The notes: generated by a model not told the origin, from the letters alone. Counted from the stretch's first letter, positions 1 through 9,886 are shown. The stretch: 64,000 nucleotides of DNA from Armatimonadota bacterium (GCA_013178155.1 JABLXH010000002.1:116523-180522); one strand, 5' to 3'. A program made the numbers and translations.

Positions 1-152
1 CTCTTGCACATTGGCATAGAGGGCGGGAGCGCAGCCAAGGTCGGCGCGTTCACTGCCCAGACGCTGGTGGGCCAGGTAAGCGCCCTGGCGCCCGATGGTG
101 GTCAAGTTGTCGGTGATGCCCAGACAAGGCTGGAAACAGACCTTCTTGGACA
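1..152 (-). CDS. DGC-domain-like protein, 5' part (start at 152; gene runs off the window start)
   Basis: Reverse translation gives MSKKVCFQPCLGITDNLTTIGRQGAYLAHQRL..., similar to the N-terminus of the adjacent DGC-domain ORF (GCSGIGRLISTVVRQAVYM). Tandem paralog. Confidence 0.4.
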
Positions 153-167
153 TGGCAGGGCTACCTC

Positions 168-635
168 CTACAGAGTGCTCACCATCTCGTCAGCGAGGAT
201 CCAGTCTATCTGCGCGATGGCCTCATCGGCGATGGCGCGGGCGCAGGCCATTCCCTTCTCGCCCAGTTCCTCGCGCTTCTCCCCGGCCAGCGAGAGCTTG
301 TGCTTGGCCACCACATCGGCGGCGTAGACCCTCCCCGCGATGCGCAAGCCCTTGCCCTCGGCGATAGCTGTGGCGCAACGCGGCCGGCAGCCATCAATGA
401 CCAGCAGGGGGTACCGCCGCGCCGTCTCCAGGGCCTCTGGTGCGTCGCCCGTCAGGGGGCCACTGCCCACTATGACCACTTGGCCGGGCCGGTCCCTCTC
501 GATCATGTAGACGGCCTGGCGTACGACAGTGGAGATGAGGCGGCCAATGCCACTGCACCCAAGTACGGCCACTCTGAAATCCTGGTCAGCCATATTGGTT
601 TCTCCCGGGAAGTGGGGACACAGGTCTATCGCCAT
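168..635 (-). CDS. DGC domain (putative zinc-binding) protein
   Basis: 155 aa with VIDGCRPRCAT (DGC motif) and a Gly-rich GCSGIGR segment. Pfam DGC-type architecture recognised by eye. Confidence 0.55.
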   Translation of the reverse strand: MAIDLCPHFPGETNMADQDFRVAVLGCSGIGRLISTVVRQAVYMIERDRPGQVVIVGSGPLTGDAPEALETARRYPLLVIDGCRPRCATAIAEGKGLRIAGRVYAADVVAKHKLSLAGEKREELGEKGMACARAIADEAIAQIDWILADEMVSTL

Positions 636-754
636 GTATTATCGCTGCTGCGCAAACAGTGTCAATGCGTATCATTCGGTATAATTCCGCAAGAATGCAG
701 GTCTACTCCGCCGTGCAGGGAAGTCCCTTCCCACGTCACGACAGGAGGCTTGCG

Positions 755-1984
755 ATGCCCAGAGCTGCGGAACTCGCCATCAACGGCGGCAAGCCCGCCA
801 AGACCACGCCGTACGGCAGCGGCCCCAAGCACATTCCAGCCGAGAAGGAGGCCGTGTGCAAGGTCCTGGACCGCGGACAATTGCCCTTCAGCCGCGGCCC
901 CGAAGTGATGGCCCTGCGCGAGAAGTGGGCCAAGATGTACGGCGCCACGCATTGCATCACGGCGTCCAGCGGCACTGCCGCCATTCACACCGCGATCGGG
1001 GCACTGGGCATCGGGCGAGGGGACGAGGTCATCACCTCGCCCATCACCGACATGGGCACGCTCATCGCCATCATGGCCCAGAACGCGGTGCCGGTGTTCG
1101 CCGATGTGGACCCGTGGTCACGCAACATGACCCCCGAGAGCATCGCGGCCAAGATCACGCCGCGCACGAAGTGCCTGCTGGTGGTGCACCTGGCCGGCAA
1201 CCCGGTGGACATGCCGGCGGTCATGAAGATCGCGCGGCAGCACAGGCTGAAGGTGGTGGAGGACCTGGCGCAGAGCTACCTGTGCAGCTACAAGGGGAAG
1301 CTGTGCGGCTCCTACGGGGATTTCGGCTGCTTCAGCCTCAACGACAGTAAGCACATCGGGGCCGGTGACGGTGGCATGGTCATCACCAACAACGGAAGGC
1401 TGGCCGACTTGGCGGAGCTCTTCGCCGATAAGTGCTACGACCGCAGCGGCCAGGGACGGCTGCCCTTCATGGTGGGGTACAACTACCGGCTCAACATCAT
1501 GGCGGCGGCGGTGGCCCTGGAACAGATCAAGCGGGTGAGGAAGCTCACCGACACCCGTAACGCCCGCGGTGAGAAGCTCAGCGCGCTCATTGCCGACGCG
1601 CCGGGGGTTATCCCCCACCGCGTCCTGCCCGGGGCGAAGTGTACCTACTGGTATTACCTGCTGGGCCTGGACTTCAGCGTCCTGAAGTGCCACGCGGTCG
1701 TCTTCGCCCAGGCCCTGACCGCCGAGGGCGTGCCCAACTGGCTGGACACTGGCACGGTCCTCAACTGGCCGCTCTTCGCCGAGCGGCGGAGCGACCCATG
1801 GGCCTGTTCCTTCTCCTGCCCGCTCTACGAGGGCGAGGTGGACTACTCGCTGGATAGCTACCCTGGCGTCAAGACCGCCATCACTTCTCAGGTGCGTCTC
1901 CAGCTCAACGAGTGGTGGACCGACAAGGACGTCAAGGACACGGCCAAAGCGATCCGCAAGGTGGCGGAGTACTATGCCGCGTAA
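755..1984 (+). CDS. DegT/DnrJ/EryC1/StrS family sugar aminotransferase (PLP-dependent)
   Basis: AGGAGG RBS 6 nt before ATG at 755. Motifs ASSGTAAIH, GDEVITSPIT and the SLNDSKHIGAGDGG lysine region are typical of the family. Confidence 0.85.
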   Translation: MPRAAELAINGGKPAKTTPYGSGPKHIPAEKEAVCKVLDRGQLPFSRGPEVMALREKWAKMYGATHCITASSGTAAIHTAIGALGIGRGDEVITSPITDMGTLIAIMAQNAVPVFADVDPWSRNMTPESIAAKITPRTKCLLVVHLAGNPVDMPAVMKIARQHRLKVVEDLAQSYLCSYKGKLCGSYGDFGCFSLNDSKHIGAGDGGMVITNNGRLADLAELFADKCYDRSGQGRLPFMVGYNYRLNIMAAAVALEQIKRVRKLTDTRNARGEKLSALIADAPGVIPHRVLPGAKCTYWYYLLGLDFSVLKCHAVVFAQALTAEGVPNWLDTGTVLNWPLFAERRSDPWACSFSCPLYEGEVDYSLDSYPGVKTAITSQVRLQLNEWWTDKDVKDTAKAIRKVAEYYAA

Positions 1985-1987
1985 AGC

Positions 1988-3079
1988 CTAGCAGCGCAGC
2001 AGCCTCCCCGCCGCCTTCAGGACCTGCTCCACTGTGATCCCCTCCATGCACGGCCGGCCCTCGCCGCGCCGGCAGCGGTCAGATGGGCGGCAGGGGCGAT
2101 GGGGACACTCGGACCAGAGGGTGATGGCCTTGTCGCTCTTGGGGCCGTTGCGCAGGGGGCTGGGGCCGAGGAGACAGATGAGCGAGGTGCCCAAGGCGAA
2201 GGTGTAATGCGTCAGACCGGTGTCGGCGCCAATGGCGAGGTTGCAGCGCTGCAGGAACGCCGCCGCGGACCCCAGGGAGGTCTTCCCGGCCAAGATGACG
2301 GGCTTTGACTGCATCTGCGCCGCCAGGGCCTCTGCCCGCGGCACCTCCGCCTTGCTGCCAAAGATGACGCACCGGGCGCCGTAGCGCTCGGCCAGGGCGT
2401 CTCCGACCCGTGCGAAGCGCTCCGTGGGCCACTCACGCGTCGGCTCCGCTGAGAACGCGAGGAGGGCGACGACGGCAGGGCCGTGGCGGTAGGAGCGCTC
2501 GCCAGAGCGCAACCGCCCGTCACCACGACATCGCGTTCCGGTGAGCGCTCCCACCGGCGACAGCTCGCCCAACCCCGCCGCCGCCCACAGCCGTTCCGCC
2601 GTCGCGTGGTCCTCTTCGGACAGGAACAGCTCCGGCACGTAGTCACCCGGGTCCAGGCCCAAGTCCGCGCCCTGCTCCAGGTAGTGTTGACTGATGTAGA
2701 TGTGGTCCATCCGCGTCGGCATCAGGCGGTTGTAGGCGAACCGCGCCCCCTCGCGGGCGTCGTCGCGACCGATGCGCAGCGGTGAGTGGGCGATCCAGGT
2801 CACCAGCCCCGCCTTCAGCAGGCACTGCAGGTCCAGCGTGATATCGTACTTACCGCGCAGGCGCTGCCACATCTCTCGCCATGAGGCCATCCGGCGGGTG
2901 TCCATGACGATGACTTCGTCCACGTGCGGGTTGTGCGCGATGCCCGCCAGCGCCTTGCGCTCCACCACCCAGGCCACATGCCAGTCAGGGTGCTGGAGCT
3001 TGAGCTGCCGCGCCACCGGCGTGCTCTGGATGACATCACCGATGGCCGACAGGCGCACAATCAGAATGCGTTTTGACAC
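1988..3079 (-). CDS. Glycosyltransferase family 9 (heptosyltransferase-like) with C-terminal Cys cluster
   Basis: KRILIVRLSAIGDVIQSTP N-terminal GT9 signature; GADTGLTHYTFALGTSLICLLGP C-terminal GT9 motif. C-terminal C-x4-C-x5-C-x7-C. Start set at GTG 3079 with GGAG RBS; the ORF track's upstream TTG at 3109 is the alternative. Confidence 0.75.
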   Translation of the reverse strand: MSKRILIVRLSAIGDVIQSTPVARQLKLQHPDWHVAWVVERKALAGIAHNPHVDEVIVMDTRRMASWREMWQRLRGKYDITLDLQCLLKAGLVTWIAHSPLRIGRDDAREGARFAYNRLMPTRMDHIYISQHYLEQGADLGLDPGDYVPELFLSEEDHATAERLWAAAGLGELSPVGALTGTRCRGDGRLRSGERSYRHGPAVVALLAFSAEPTREWPTERFARVGDALAERYGARCVIFGSKAEVPRAEALAAQMQSKPVILAGKTSLGSAAAFLQRCNLAIGADTGLTHYTFALGTSLICLLGPSPLRNGPKSDKAITLWSECPHRPCRPSDRCRRGEGRPCMEGITVEQVLKAAGRLLRC

Positions 3080-3113
3080 GCGGGAATCTCCGTTGTAGGA
3101 TGGCCGCAAGCGA

Positions 3114-3164
3114 CCTCACCCCCCACCCGCCTTCTTTCTCCTCGGAGGGGGCTAGGGGGTGAGG
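3114..3164. promoter_or_regulatory. 10-bp inverted repeat (CCTCACCCCC ... GGGGGTGAGG, 31-nt spacer) in the divergent GT9/GT9 intergenic region
   Basis: Directly read: 3114-3123 is the reverse complement of 3155-3164. Lies between divergently transcribed genes. Confidence 0.3.
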
Positions 3165-3181
3165 CAAAGGATGACCAGCCC

Positions 3182-4405
3182 ATGAACCTCCACGAACTGC
3201 GCACCGACTGCGTCCACTTCACCGGCTACCGCCCCTGCCACCGCGGCTGTGAGTGCCGCGGCTGCCCGGACTTCACCGCCGCGGGGCCGAACGTGCTCGT
3301 GCTCAAGCTATACCAGTTGGGCAACATCGTCAAGAGCACCCCGGTGTTGCATGCTCTCCGCAAGCTGCACCCTGACTGCCGCATCAGCTGGATGGCCTCG
3401 CCGGCCGGCTGTGAGCTGCTGGCGCACAATCCCTTCATTCACCAGCTACTGACCGACAACACCAACGACCTGCTCTACTGCCAGCAGATCAAATGGGACC
3501 TCATCCTGTCCCTGGAGGCCAACCGCCAGGCCGCGGCCATCGCCACGAGCCTCAAAGCCGACCGCAAGCTGGGCTTCGGCCTGGACGAGCACGGTAAGCT
3601 GTGGCCGCTTGGCCCCGAGTCTGAGGTGCTCTACAGCTTCAACCTCAGCAACGAGTTGCGGTTCCACGTCAACGACAAGACGGTCCATGAGTTGTACTTC
3701 GACCTGCTGGGTGTGCCCTATGAGGGCGAGGAGTATGTCATCTGTCCGTCGGAGGCTGACTACGCCTACGCTGACCACCTCCTGCGATCACTGGGGCTGG
3801 CACCATCCTCGGTAGGCAAGGCTTCCAGCGCCGCCGGTCCAGGCACCGCCGCCGGGGCAGGATGCCCCGGCTACCGGGAGGCCGGCCCGCCCCTCATCGG
3901 CTTCAACACCGGTGGCAACGCGGCGCGCTTTGAGACCAAGCAATGGACCATTGACGGCTTCGTACAGTTGGCGCGGCTGCTGCACCAGCGCCTCGGGGCG
4001 AAGGTGGTGCTGCTGGGCGGCCCGGCCGAAGTGGCCCGCAACGCCGAGATCCTCTCCCGCACCCGCGACTGTGCCGTGGACAGTGGCTGCGACCACGCCA
4101 TCCTGCAGTTCTGTGCCTTCTTGTCGCGGCTGGACTGCGTGGTCAGCGGCGACGCCTTCGGCCTGCAGGCGGCGGTGGCGATGGGCACGCCAACGGTGGG
4201 TATCTTCGGCCCGACGCCGCCGCAGGAAATCGCGATGTTCGGTCGCGGCCGCAAGGTGGTGGCTCCGGTGGACTGCAGCCCCTGCTACATCCGCAACGCC
4301 CGCGACTGCGAGCGCCACGCCGACTGCATGGAGCTCATCTCCGCCGAGGAGGTCTACGCGGCGGTGGAGGAGCTGCTGCGGGAACAGGGAAGGCTGCCGT
4401 TGTAG
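3182..4405 (+). CDS. Glycosyltransferase family 9 (heptosyltransferase-like) with N- and C-terminal Cys clusters
   Basis: LVLKLYQLGNIVKSTPVLHAL GT9 N-terminal motif; GDAFGLQAAVAMGTPTVGIFGPT C-terminal motif. N-terminal C-x8-C-x3-C-x-C-x2-C and C-terminal C-x2-C-x7-C-x5-C. Confidence 0.75.
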   Translation: MNLHELRTDCVHFTGYRPCHRGCECRGCPDFTAAGPNVLVLKLYQLGNIVKSTPVLHALRKLHPDCRISWMASPAGCELLAHNPFIHQLLTDNTNDLLYCQQIKWDLILSLEANRQAAAIATSLKADRKLGFGLDEHGKLWPLGPESEVLYSFNLSNELRFHVNDKTVHELYFDLLGVPYEGEEYVICPSEADYAYADHLLRSLGLAPSSVGKASSAAGPGTAAGAGCPGYREAGPPLIGFNTGGNAARFETKQWTIDGFVQLARLLHQRLGAKVVLLGGPAEVARNAEILSRTRDCAVDSGCDHAILQFCAFLSRLDCVVSGDAFGLQAAVAMGTPTVGIFGPTPPQEIAMFGRGRKVVAPVDCSPCYIRNARDCERHADCMELISAEEVYAAVEELLREQGRLPL

Positions 4406-4528
4406 GGCGGGGGGCCTGTACCCCGCGGTGCCAGCCGGAGCGGCCGGGCCTGCTTGTCCTGCCCAGAGGGCAGACGGCTTGACGGCAGTCGGGGTCTGAA
4501 GACCCCTCCCACGGAAAGGGTGTGCCTC

Positions 4529-5425
4529 ATGTTCATCGACATCCACGTTCACACGCGGTTGTTCCCGGGGCCCGACCGGCTGGGCGGAGGAAACTATGCG
4601 ACGCCGGAAGAGATCGTCGCCATGTTGCAGCCGCACGGGGTGAAGCGCTGCGTCATCCTGCCCGGGGTGAACCCCGAATGCGCCTATGTGCCGCAAAGTG
4701 TCGGCGAAGTCGTGCACATCTGTGAGCAGTACCCCGACTTCTTCATCCCCTTCATGAACGTGGACCCGCGCCAGGTGAGCAACTCGCCCGACGCCGACCT
4801 GGGGCACATCATGCGCTTCTGGAAGGCCCGTGGCTGCCGGGGGATAGGGGAGGTCTGCGCCAACCTGCGCTTTGACGACCCGCTGATGGCAAACCTGTTT
4901 CGCCATGCCGAAGCGGAGGGGCTGCCGCTGATCTTCCACCTCGCGCCGGGGGACTACGGATACTACGGCATCCGCGAGGACCTGGGTCTGCCAGGGCTGG
5001 AGTGGGCCCTGCGCCAGTTCCCGAACCTGACCATCATCGGCCACTCGCAGCCCTTCTGGGCCGAAATCAGCGGCGACCTGACCGAGGAGCTCCGGAATAC
5101 TTACCCCAAGGGCAAGGTGGCGCCCGGTGGGGCGGTGGTGCGGCTTTTCCGCGAGTGTCCGAACCTCTATGGCGACCTGTCTCCGGCGGCGGGCAGCGGC
5201 TTCAACGCCATCGCGCGCGACCCGGAGTTCGGCTATGGCTTCCTGGAAGAGTTCCAGGATCGCCTGCTGTTCGGCACGGACATCTGCGACCCAAGCAACA
5301 AGCTGACCCTGATAGACTGGCTCAATGACGCGGTGGAGCAGGGTAACATCAGTCGGGAGGCGTATGAGAAGGTCTGCTGGCGGAACGCTGCGAGGGTGTT
5401 AGGGATGGAGGGCGAGGCCGTCTGA
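4529..5425 (+). CDS. Amidohydrolase-2 family TIM-barrel metal-dependent hydrolase
   Basis: MFIDIHVHT start (HxH metal motif), ...GHSQPFW..., LFGTDICDP C-terminal Asp. Start moved to the internal ATG at 4529. Confidence 0.7.
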   Translation: MFIDIHVHTRLFPGPDRLGGGNYATPEEIVAMLQPHGVKRCVILPGVNPECAYVPQSVGEVVHICEQYPDFFIPFMNVDPRQVSNSPDADLGHIMRFWKARGCRGIGEVCANLRFDDPLMANLFRHAEAEGLPLIFHLAPGDYGYYGIREDLGLPGLEWALRQFPNLTIIGHSQPFWAEISGDLTEELRNTYPKGKVAPGGAVVRLFRECPNLYGDLSPAAGSGFNAIARDPEFGYGFLEEFQDRLLFGTDICDPSNKLTLIDWLNDAVEQGNISREAYEKVCWRNAARVLGMEGEAV

Positions 5426-5510
5426 GGCGTGGCCTGCCGGAGGGCCCCGCGTGATCCGGTCTGTCCGCACAGTACTGGCGGAGGCAGCACGGGCCTGCAG
5501 GGGGCTTTCG

Positions 5511-7193
5511 CTACCCCTCCGCGTTCATCTCGATGATCGCCTCGGCCATGCGGCGGCGGGCCTCAAGCAGTGCGGCGTCGCTGCGCGTGTAGGTCGAGTG
5601 ACTCGGCAGGAGCTGCTCGCGGATCTCGTCCAGTAGAGCCTGGGCCCTGATGGCAGCGGGGTGGTCGGGGCCCAGGCGGGCGATGCCCTGCTCCACCAGC
5701 CTGAAGTACTCGTAGTCCTCGGTGCCCTTGCGCACCATCTCCCAGCGGATCGAGTTGCAGATCTTCTCCTGCCCCGGATAGACCACGTGCGGGTCGCCGG
5801 GCGGCAGGGGCAAGCGGCCCAGGGGTAGCCGTTCGCTGCCACCGGTGGCGTTGCTCCAGGGGTCAACGGGGCCCTTCGAGCCGCCCCAGGCACTCCAGTG
5901 GGCATAGCCCCAGTGCAGGTAGCCGGTGGCGCCGTAGCGCCAGTTTAGCCAGGGGATGATGCGGGTCTTCAGCGACGAAAAGTCTAGAAAGCGGTTGGGG
6001 TACGGACCCTGGGGGGCCAGACAGGTGTAGGTCCACAGCTCCTCTCCCTCGGGGCGCGGGCCATCGTGCACTTCCTGGATCTGCGGCACGCGGATCTCGA
6101 TGCAGCCCACCAGCCCCTCCGCCATCACCGCATCTACCCGGCGCACGTCCGGCAGTACGCCGCGCACGAAGTCGGCCATGGCGCGGTAACTGGCCTCGTT
6201 GGCCGGTGTCGGTTCATCGGCCTGATGCAGGATGAAGCGGTCCCACCAGCCACGCTCCTGCAGATGGGCCTTCAGGCTGAGGAGAAAGTCGCGCAGCAAG
6301 GCTCGTCGCTGCGGATCGTCCACCGGCGCCGATGGCAAGCGTTCGCTACTGCCATCCTGGTGGTGAACGGTGAGGCCACCGAAGACGAACTCGCTCTCCC
6401 AGTCGCCCGCGCGTCCGCCCAGGTGTCCCCCCTCGATGCAGTCGGCAACCCCGTAGCGATCGAAGGTCTCGATCCACCGGTCGAGATTGGCATAGTCGAA
6501 GGTGTACTCGTCACCCTGACGGCATGTGCGCACCAGTGAGAAGAGCGGCGTAAGGATGGTGTTGTGCCGGTGCTCCCCCATGTTGCGGGCCACCTTCTCC
6601 ACCCATTGCCACCACTCTTCGGAGAAGCGCTCGACCCGGTACCACTCCTCCAGGCAGCCGGTGGAGAACCAGTTGGTGTTCCACATGGAGGTCTTCACCG
6701 GCAGGCTGAAGGGCCAGACCTCCAGGGCCAGCGGTACGGTGATCGTGTGCGTGTCCGCCTTGATGGTGACGTTGCCGGTGTACTCCCCCGGGGCCGCGTC
6801 GGCCGGCACGGCAACGGTTATCCAGACAGGCTGGGTCCGGTTGGGCTGCAGGCGTGTGGTGGGCCACTCGAGAAACGGGTCAGGAAAGAAGTCTGGCGCG
6901 CGCCGGATGATATGCTCTCCGTCGCCGTTGTCCCGGGTGTTCTCGAAGACAGGCACATAGCCCACAAAGTCCGCCGTCAAGCAGTCTGCCGGGATCGTCG
7001 CACCCTCGGGGCCATGCAGCGGCGACAGCTCCACCCGCACCTCATGGACGCCCTGCGAGGAACGGAGGCAGACCTGTACGTCCTCGCGCTCGTTGCGGGC
7101 AGCGGCCAGGCGAATCCGGTAAGTGGCCTCCGCACTGGGACCGTCGTCCTGGAAGACCTTCTTCAGGCTGTCCTCGACCCAATGGATGAGCAT
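5511..7193 (-). CDS. DUF4091 domain glycoside-hydrolase-like protein
   Basis: C-terminal GYLHWGYAHW ... PPGDPHVVYPG ... SIRWEMVRKGTEDYEYFRL matches the DUF4091 signature. Start trimmed to the internal Met (MLIHWVED). Confidence 0.6.
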   Translation of the reverse strand: MLIHWVEDSLKKVFQDDGPSAEATYRIRLAAARNEREDVQVCLRSSQGVHEVRVELSPLHGPEGATIPADCLTADFVGYVPVFENTRDNGDGEHIIRRAPDFFPDPFLEWPTTRLQPNRTQPVWITVAVPADAAPGEYTGNVTIKADTHTITVPLALEVWPFSLPVKTSMWNTNWFSTGCLEEWYRVERFSEEWWQWVEKVARNMGEHRHNTILTPLFSLVRTCRQGDEYTFDYANLDRWIETFDRYGVADCIEGGHLGGRAGDWESEFVFGGLTVHHQDGSSERLPSAPVDDPQRRALLRDFLLSLKAHLQERGWWDRFILHQADEPTPANEASYRAMADFVRGVLPDVRRVDAVMAEGLVGCIEIRVPQIQEVHDGPRPEGEELWTYTCLAPQGPYPNRFLDFSSLKTRIIPWLNWRYGATGYLHWGYAHWSAWGGSKGPVDPWSNATGGSERLPLGRLPLPPGDPHVVYPGQEKICNSIRWEMVRKGTEDYEYFRLVEQGIARLGPDHPAAIRAQALLDEIREQLLPSHSTYTRSDAALLEARRRMAEAIIEMNAEG

Positions 7194-7430
7194 CTGAATC
7201 CTCCGCTGACCGTGGTGGCGACGCCCCCATCTAACACCTCTCAGGCGCAACCGTCAAGCACCGGAGCAGGTCGTGTGGTGGGGCGCAAGGAACGCCGCGG
7301 CGACTCCTCCCAGGTCCTCATCGCTCTCGTCGGCACACCCCAGCTGGGACACGCTCCTCACCGCAGAGCACCAGACAGGACGCAATCCAATGGCGCACAC
7401 CCCCACGGCAGACCGGGGCTCGATGGCCCA

Positions 7431-7459
7431 TCGACAGATGCGGGGGCACAGGTTAGAAT
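7431..7459 (+). promoter_or_regulatory. Sigma70-like promoter TCGACA-N17-TAGAAT
   Basis: Hexamers at 7431-7436 and 7454-7459 with a 17-nt spacer, upstream of the 7556 gene in a 360-bp divergent intergenic region. Confidence 0.4.
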
Positions 7460-7555
7460 GGACCAGAGAGTTTCCCGGAAGACGTGTCGGAGGTAAGCTG
7501 CGGCGCGGACAGGAGGCCTCAAGCAGTGAGGAAGCCGGCGGCACAGAGACGGGCC

Positions 7556-8923
7556 ATGGGATCTGCTGCCTGCGTGCTGGGCTGCCTTCTCTGCGCGGTT
7601 GTTGGGGCTCAGCCCATGCCTGGCATGCCCAATATGACTGCCTCCGACGAGGAGCCGCCGCATCCAACCAGGGCAGACACTGTCCTCATGCTACCGCATG
7701 GGCGCCCGGCGTCCGGGACGGCGTGGATGCCCGATAGCACGCCGGTATACGGCATCTCCCGACAGAGCGGTCCATGGGAGTGGATGTACCACGGCACCGC
7801 CTTCGCGGCATACGACCGGATGAACGGTCCACGCGGCGACCGCGACCTCACTGGGCCCAACTGGGCCATGGCGATGGGGCGGCGCCGCATTGGCTCTGAC
7901 AGCGAGCTGCAACTGCGTGGGATGGTCTCGCTGGATCCTGTAACGGTTGGGGGAGGGGGATATCCGCTCCTGCTCCAGACCGGGGAGAGCTGGCGCGGTC
8001 AGCCGCTCATGGACCATCAGCATCCCCACAACTACGTCAGCGAACTGGCGGCTCAGTACCGGCGGGCAACTGGCCCATCCTCGGTGGCGTCGCTCTACCT
8101 TGGTGTCGTGGGCGAGCCGGCTTTGGGGCCACCTGCGTTCATGCACCGCACCCTCGCTCTCGACGATCCCCTGGCGCCGATCGGACACCACTGGCAGGAC
8201 TCCACCCATATCGCCTACGGTGTAGTTACATTGGGGTACGCCACAAGAACCTGGCAGATCGAGCTGTCCACGTTCAACGGTCGGGAACCGGGTGAGAACC
8301 GCTCTCGCATCGAAAGCCCCGAGTTTGACTCCGCCAGTGCCAGGCTTTCCCACAACCCTTCGCCGGAGTGGGCTCTGCAGGTCTCGCACGGGTATCTGCG
8401 CCGTCCCGAGGCACTCCATCCTGAAGCCGACATCCACCGCACCACGGCCTCCGCTATCTTCAACCGGCGCCTTGACGAGCGTCGCAACTGGCAGAGTGCA
8501 TTCGTCTGGGGACGCAACAGAGTTGCGGGGCATGACTACGACAGCTTCCTGCTGGAGGCGAGTCGCAAGCGAGACGGAGGCTGGAGCCCATACGTGCGCT
8601 TAGAGCAGGTAAGCAAGAGCAGTGAGGAGCTGGTCCTGCCGTCGGGCTTCACAGCTTCGAAGGGGCACCTTGTCCGGCAGTTCACCCTGGGGGCCGTTCG
8701 CGACCTGCCCATAGGGGGCGGGTACCAATGGGGCGTGGGAGGCCAGGTGATACTTAGCACTGTGCCAGACGCCCTGGAACCAGTCTACGGCCACAACCCC
8801 ACTGGCTGGCTCGTCTTCGTGCGTGTGCACCCTCGACAGATGGAGCATCGCCAGCAAGCCCCAACGGCACGGCCAGAAGAGCGCGAGGCCGACGGCCATG
8901 GGGCCCATGGCTCACATCCCTAA
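7556..8923 (+). CDS. Hypothetical exported protein (signal peptide; Met/His-rich N-terminal segment)
   Basis: MGSAACVLGCLLCAVVGAQP signal-like N-terminus, MPGMPNM and HQHPH motifs, W-rich mature region. No family recognised. The ORF track start at 7484 is the alternative. Confidence 0.5.
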   Translation: MGSAACVLGCLLCAVVGAQPMPGMPNMTASDEEPPHPTRADTVLMLPHGRPASGTAWMPDSTPVYGISRQSGPWEWMYHGTAFAAYDRMNGPRGDRDLTGPNWAMAMGRRRIGSDSELQLRGMVSLDPVTVGGGGYPLLLQTGESWRGQPLMDHQHPHNYVSELAAQYRRATGPSSVASLYLGVVGEPALGPPAFMHRTLALDDPLAPIGHHWQDSTHIAYGVVTLGYATRTWQIELSTFNGREPGENRSRIESPEFDSASARLSHNPSPEWALQVSHGYLRRPEALHPEADIHRTTASAIFNRRLDERRNWQSAFVWGRNRVAGHDYDSFLLEASRKRDGGWSPYVRLEQVSKSSEELVLPSGFTASKGHLVRQFTLGAVRDLPIGGGYQWGVGGQVILSTVPDALEPVYGHNPTGWLVFVRVHPRQMEHRQQAPTARPEEREADGHGAHGSHP

Positions 8924-9035
8924 GCGCGGAGAGCCAGAGCGTGTGCCGGTGCTCAAGGGCCATTGGAGGCGCCCCTCGGGACGACGCGACAACCTTGGGA
9001 TCGGTAGGCAGCGGTAGTGTGGGTGCGGCGGAGCC

Positions 9036-9773
9036 TCAGCGCAGGGGCCAGAATACCACCAGGCAGTCCATCGCCGTCGCCACCAGCCAGTGCAAGAGCC
9101 ACGGGCCGACGAAGGACTTGCCTCGCCAGGCCATCACACCCAGGATGACACCTGCGGCAATCGCCGAGAAGCTCTCCAGCTCCAGTTTGGGGAAGTGCGC
9201 CATGGCGAACGGGACCATCTGGATGAAGATGGCGATGGCCCCCAGACGCCGCCCCAGACCGAACAGCAGAAACCCGCGAAAGAAGAACTCCCACGCCAAG
9301 AAGTAGACTAGCCAACCGGCCATAGAAGGGAAGAGAAGCCAGGCGTTGTCTCGCGCCGGACCATAGCGCGGGTAGAAGGCGTGGAAGTCCGGCCGGCGCG
9401 AGGCGATTGCCAGCAGCGGCAGCATCACCAGGAGCAGGACCACGAGCCACCGCCCCCAGATACGCACGTCACCAGCGGCCAAGCCGAACTCGCTAACTCG
9501 TTCGCGGAACACCAGTCGCACCAGCAAGACCGGCCCCAGAAAGAGCGTCACAAAGTTCAGGGCGTGCCAGCCGAACAGAGCATACTGCGCCGGAATGAAG
9601 CCGAGATGCCCGTGGTAGTGCACCACTGCCAGGGCAAGGGCGGCGTAGACAAGTATGACCGCCTCGCGCCAGGGGGCATCCGGCACCCAAGACAGCGCAG
9701 AACAGGGTTGGTGACATGGCGCTGGCGCTGCGGCTGCATTGGCGGGAGGGGCAGGCGGCAACCCGTCGGTCAT
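9036..9773 (-). CDS. CPBP family intramembrane metalloprotease (CAAX protease / Abi)
   Basis: EFFFRGFLL (EExxxR motif) and FAMAHF (FxxxH motif) within a polytopic hydrophobic protein. Confidence 0.7.
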   Translation of the reverse strand: MTDGLPPAPPANAAAAPAPCHQPCSALSWVPDAPWREAVILVYAALALAVVHYHGHLGFIPAQYALFGWHALNFVTLFLGPVLLVRLVFRERVSEFGLAAGDVRIWGRWLVVLLLVMLPLLAIASRRPDFHAFYPRYGPARDNAWLLFPSMAGWLVYFLAWEFFFRGFLLFGLGRRLGAIAIFIQMVPFAMAHFPKLELESFSAIAAGVILGVMAWRGKSFVGPWLLHWLVATAMDCLVVFWPLR

Positions 9774-9855
9774 GGCGTCGTAACTCCGGACGAATCTGCG
9801 CTGCGACAGCGCTGTCCATTGTCCAACCTTGGCCGAGAGCTGTCAACCCGCGGAT

Positions 9856-9868
9856 GTCACCAGGTGAC
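9856..9868. promoter_or_regulatory. Palindrome GTCACC-A-GGTGAC upstream of the P1 promoter
   Basis: Perfect 6+6 inverted repeat, read directly, 19 nt upstream of the -35 hexamer. Confidence 0.25.
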
Positions 9869-9886
9869 TTGCGCAAACTTTGGGGA

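Noticed and set aside
7194-7250. N-terminal 19-aa extension (MRLRGVRWGRRHHGQRRIQ) of the DUF4091 ORF
   Set aside because: Arg-rich, non-native-looking extension. The internal Met (MLIHWVED) is a more plausible start, but this is unverified.
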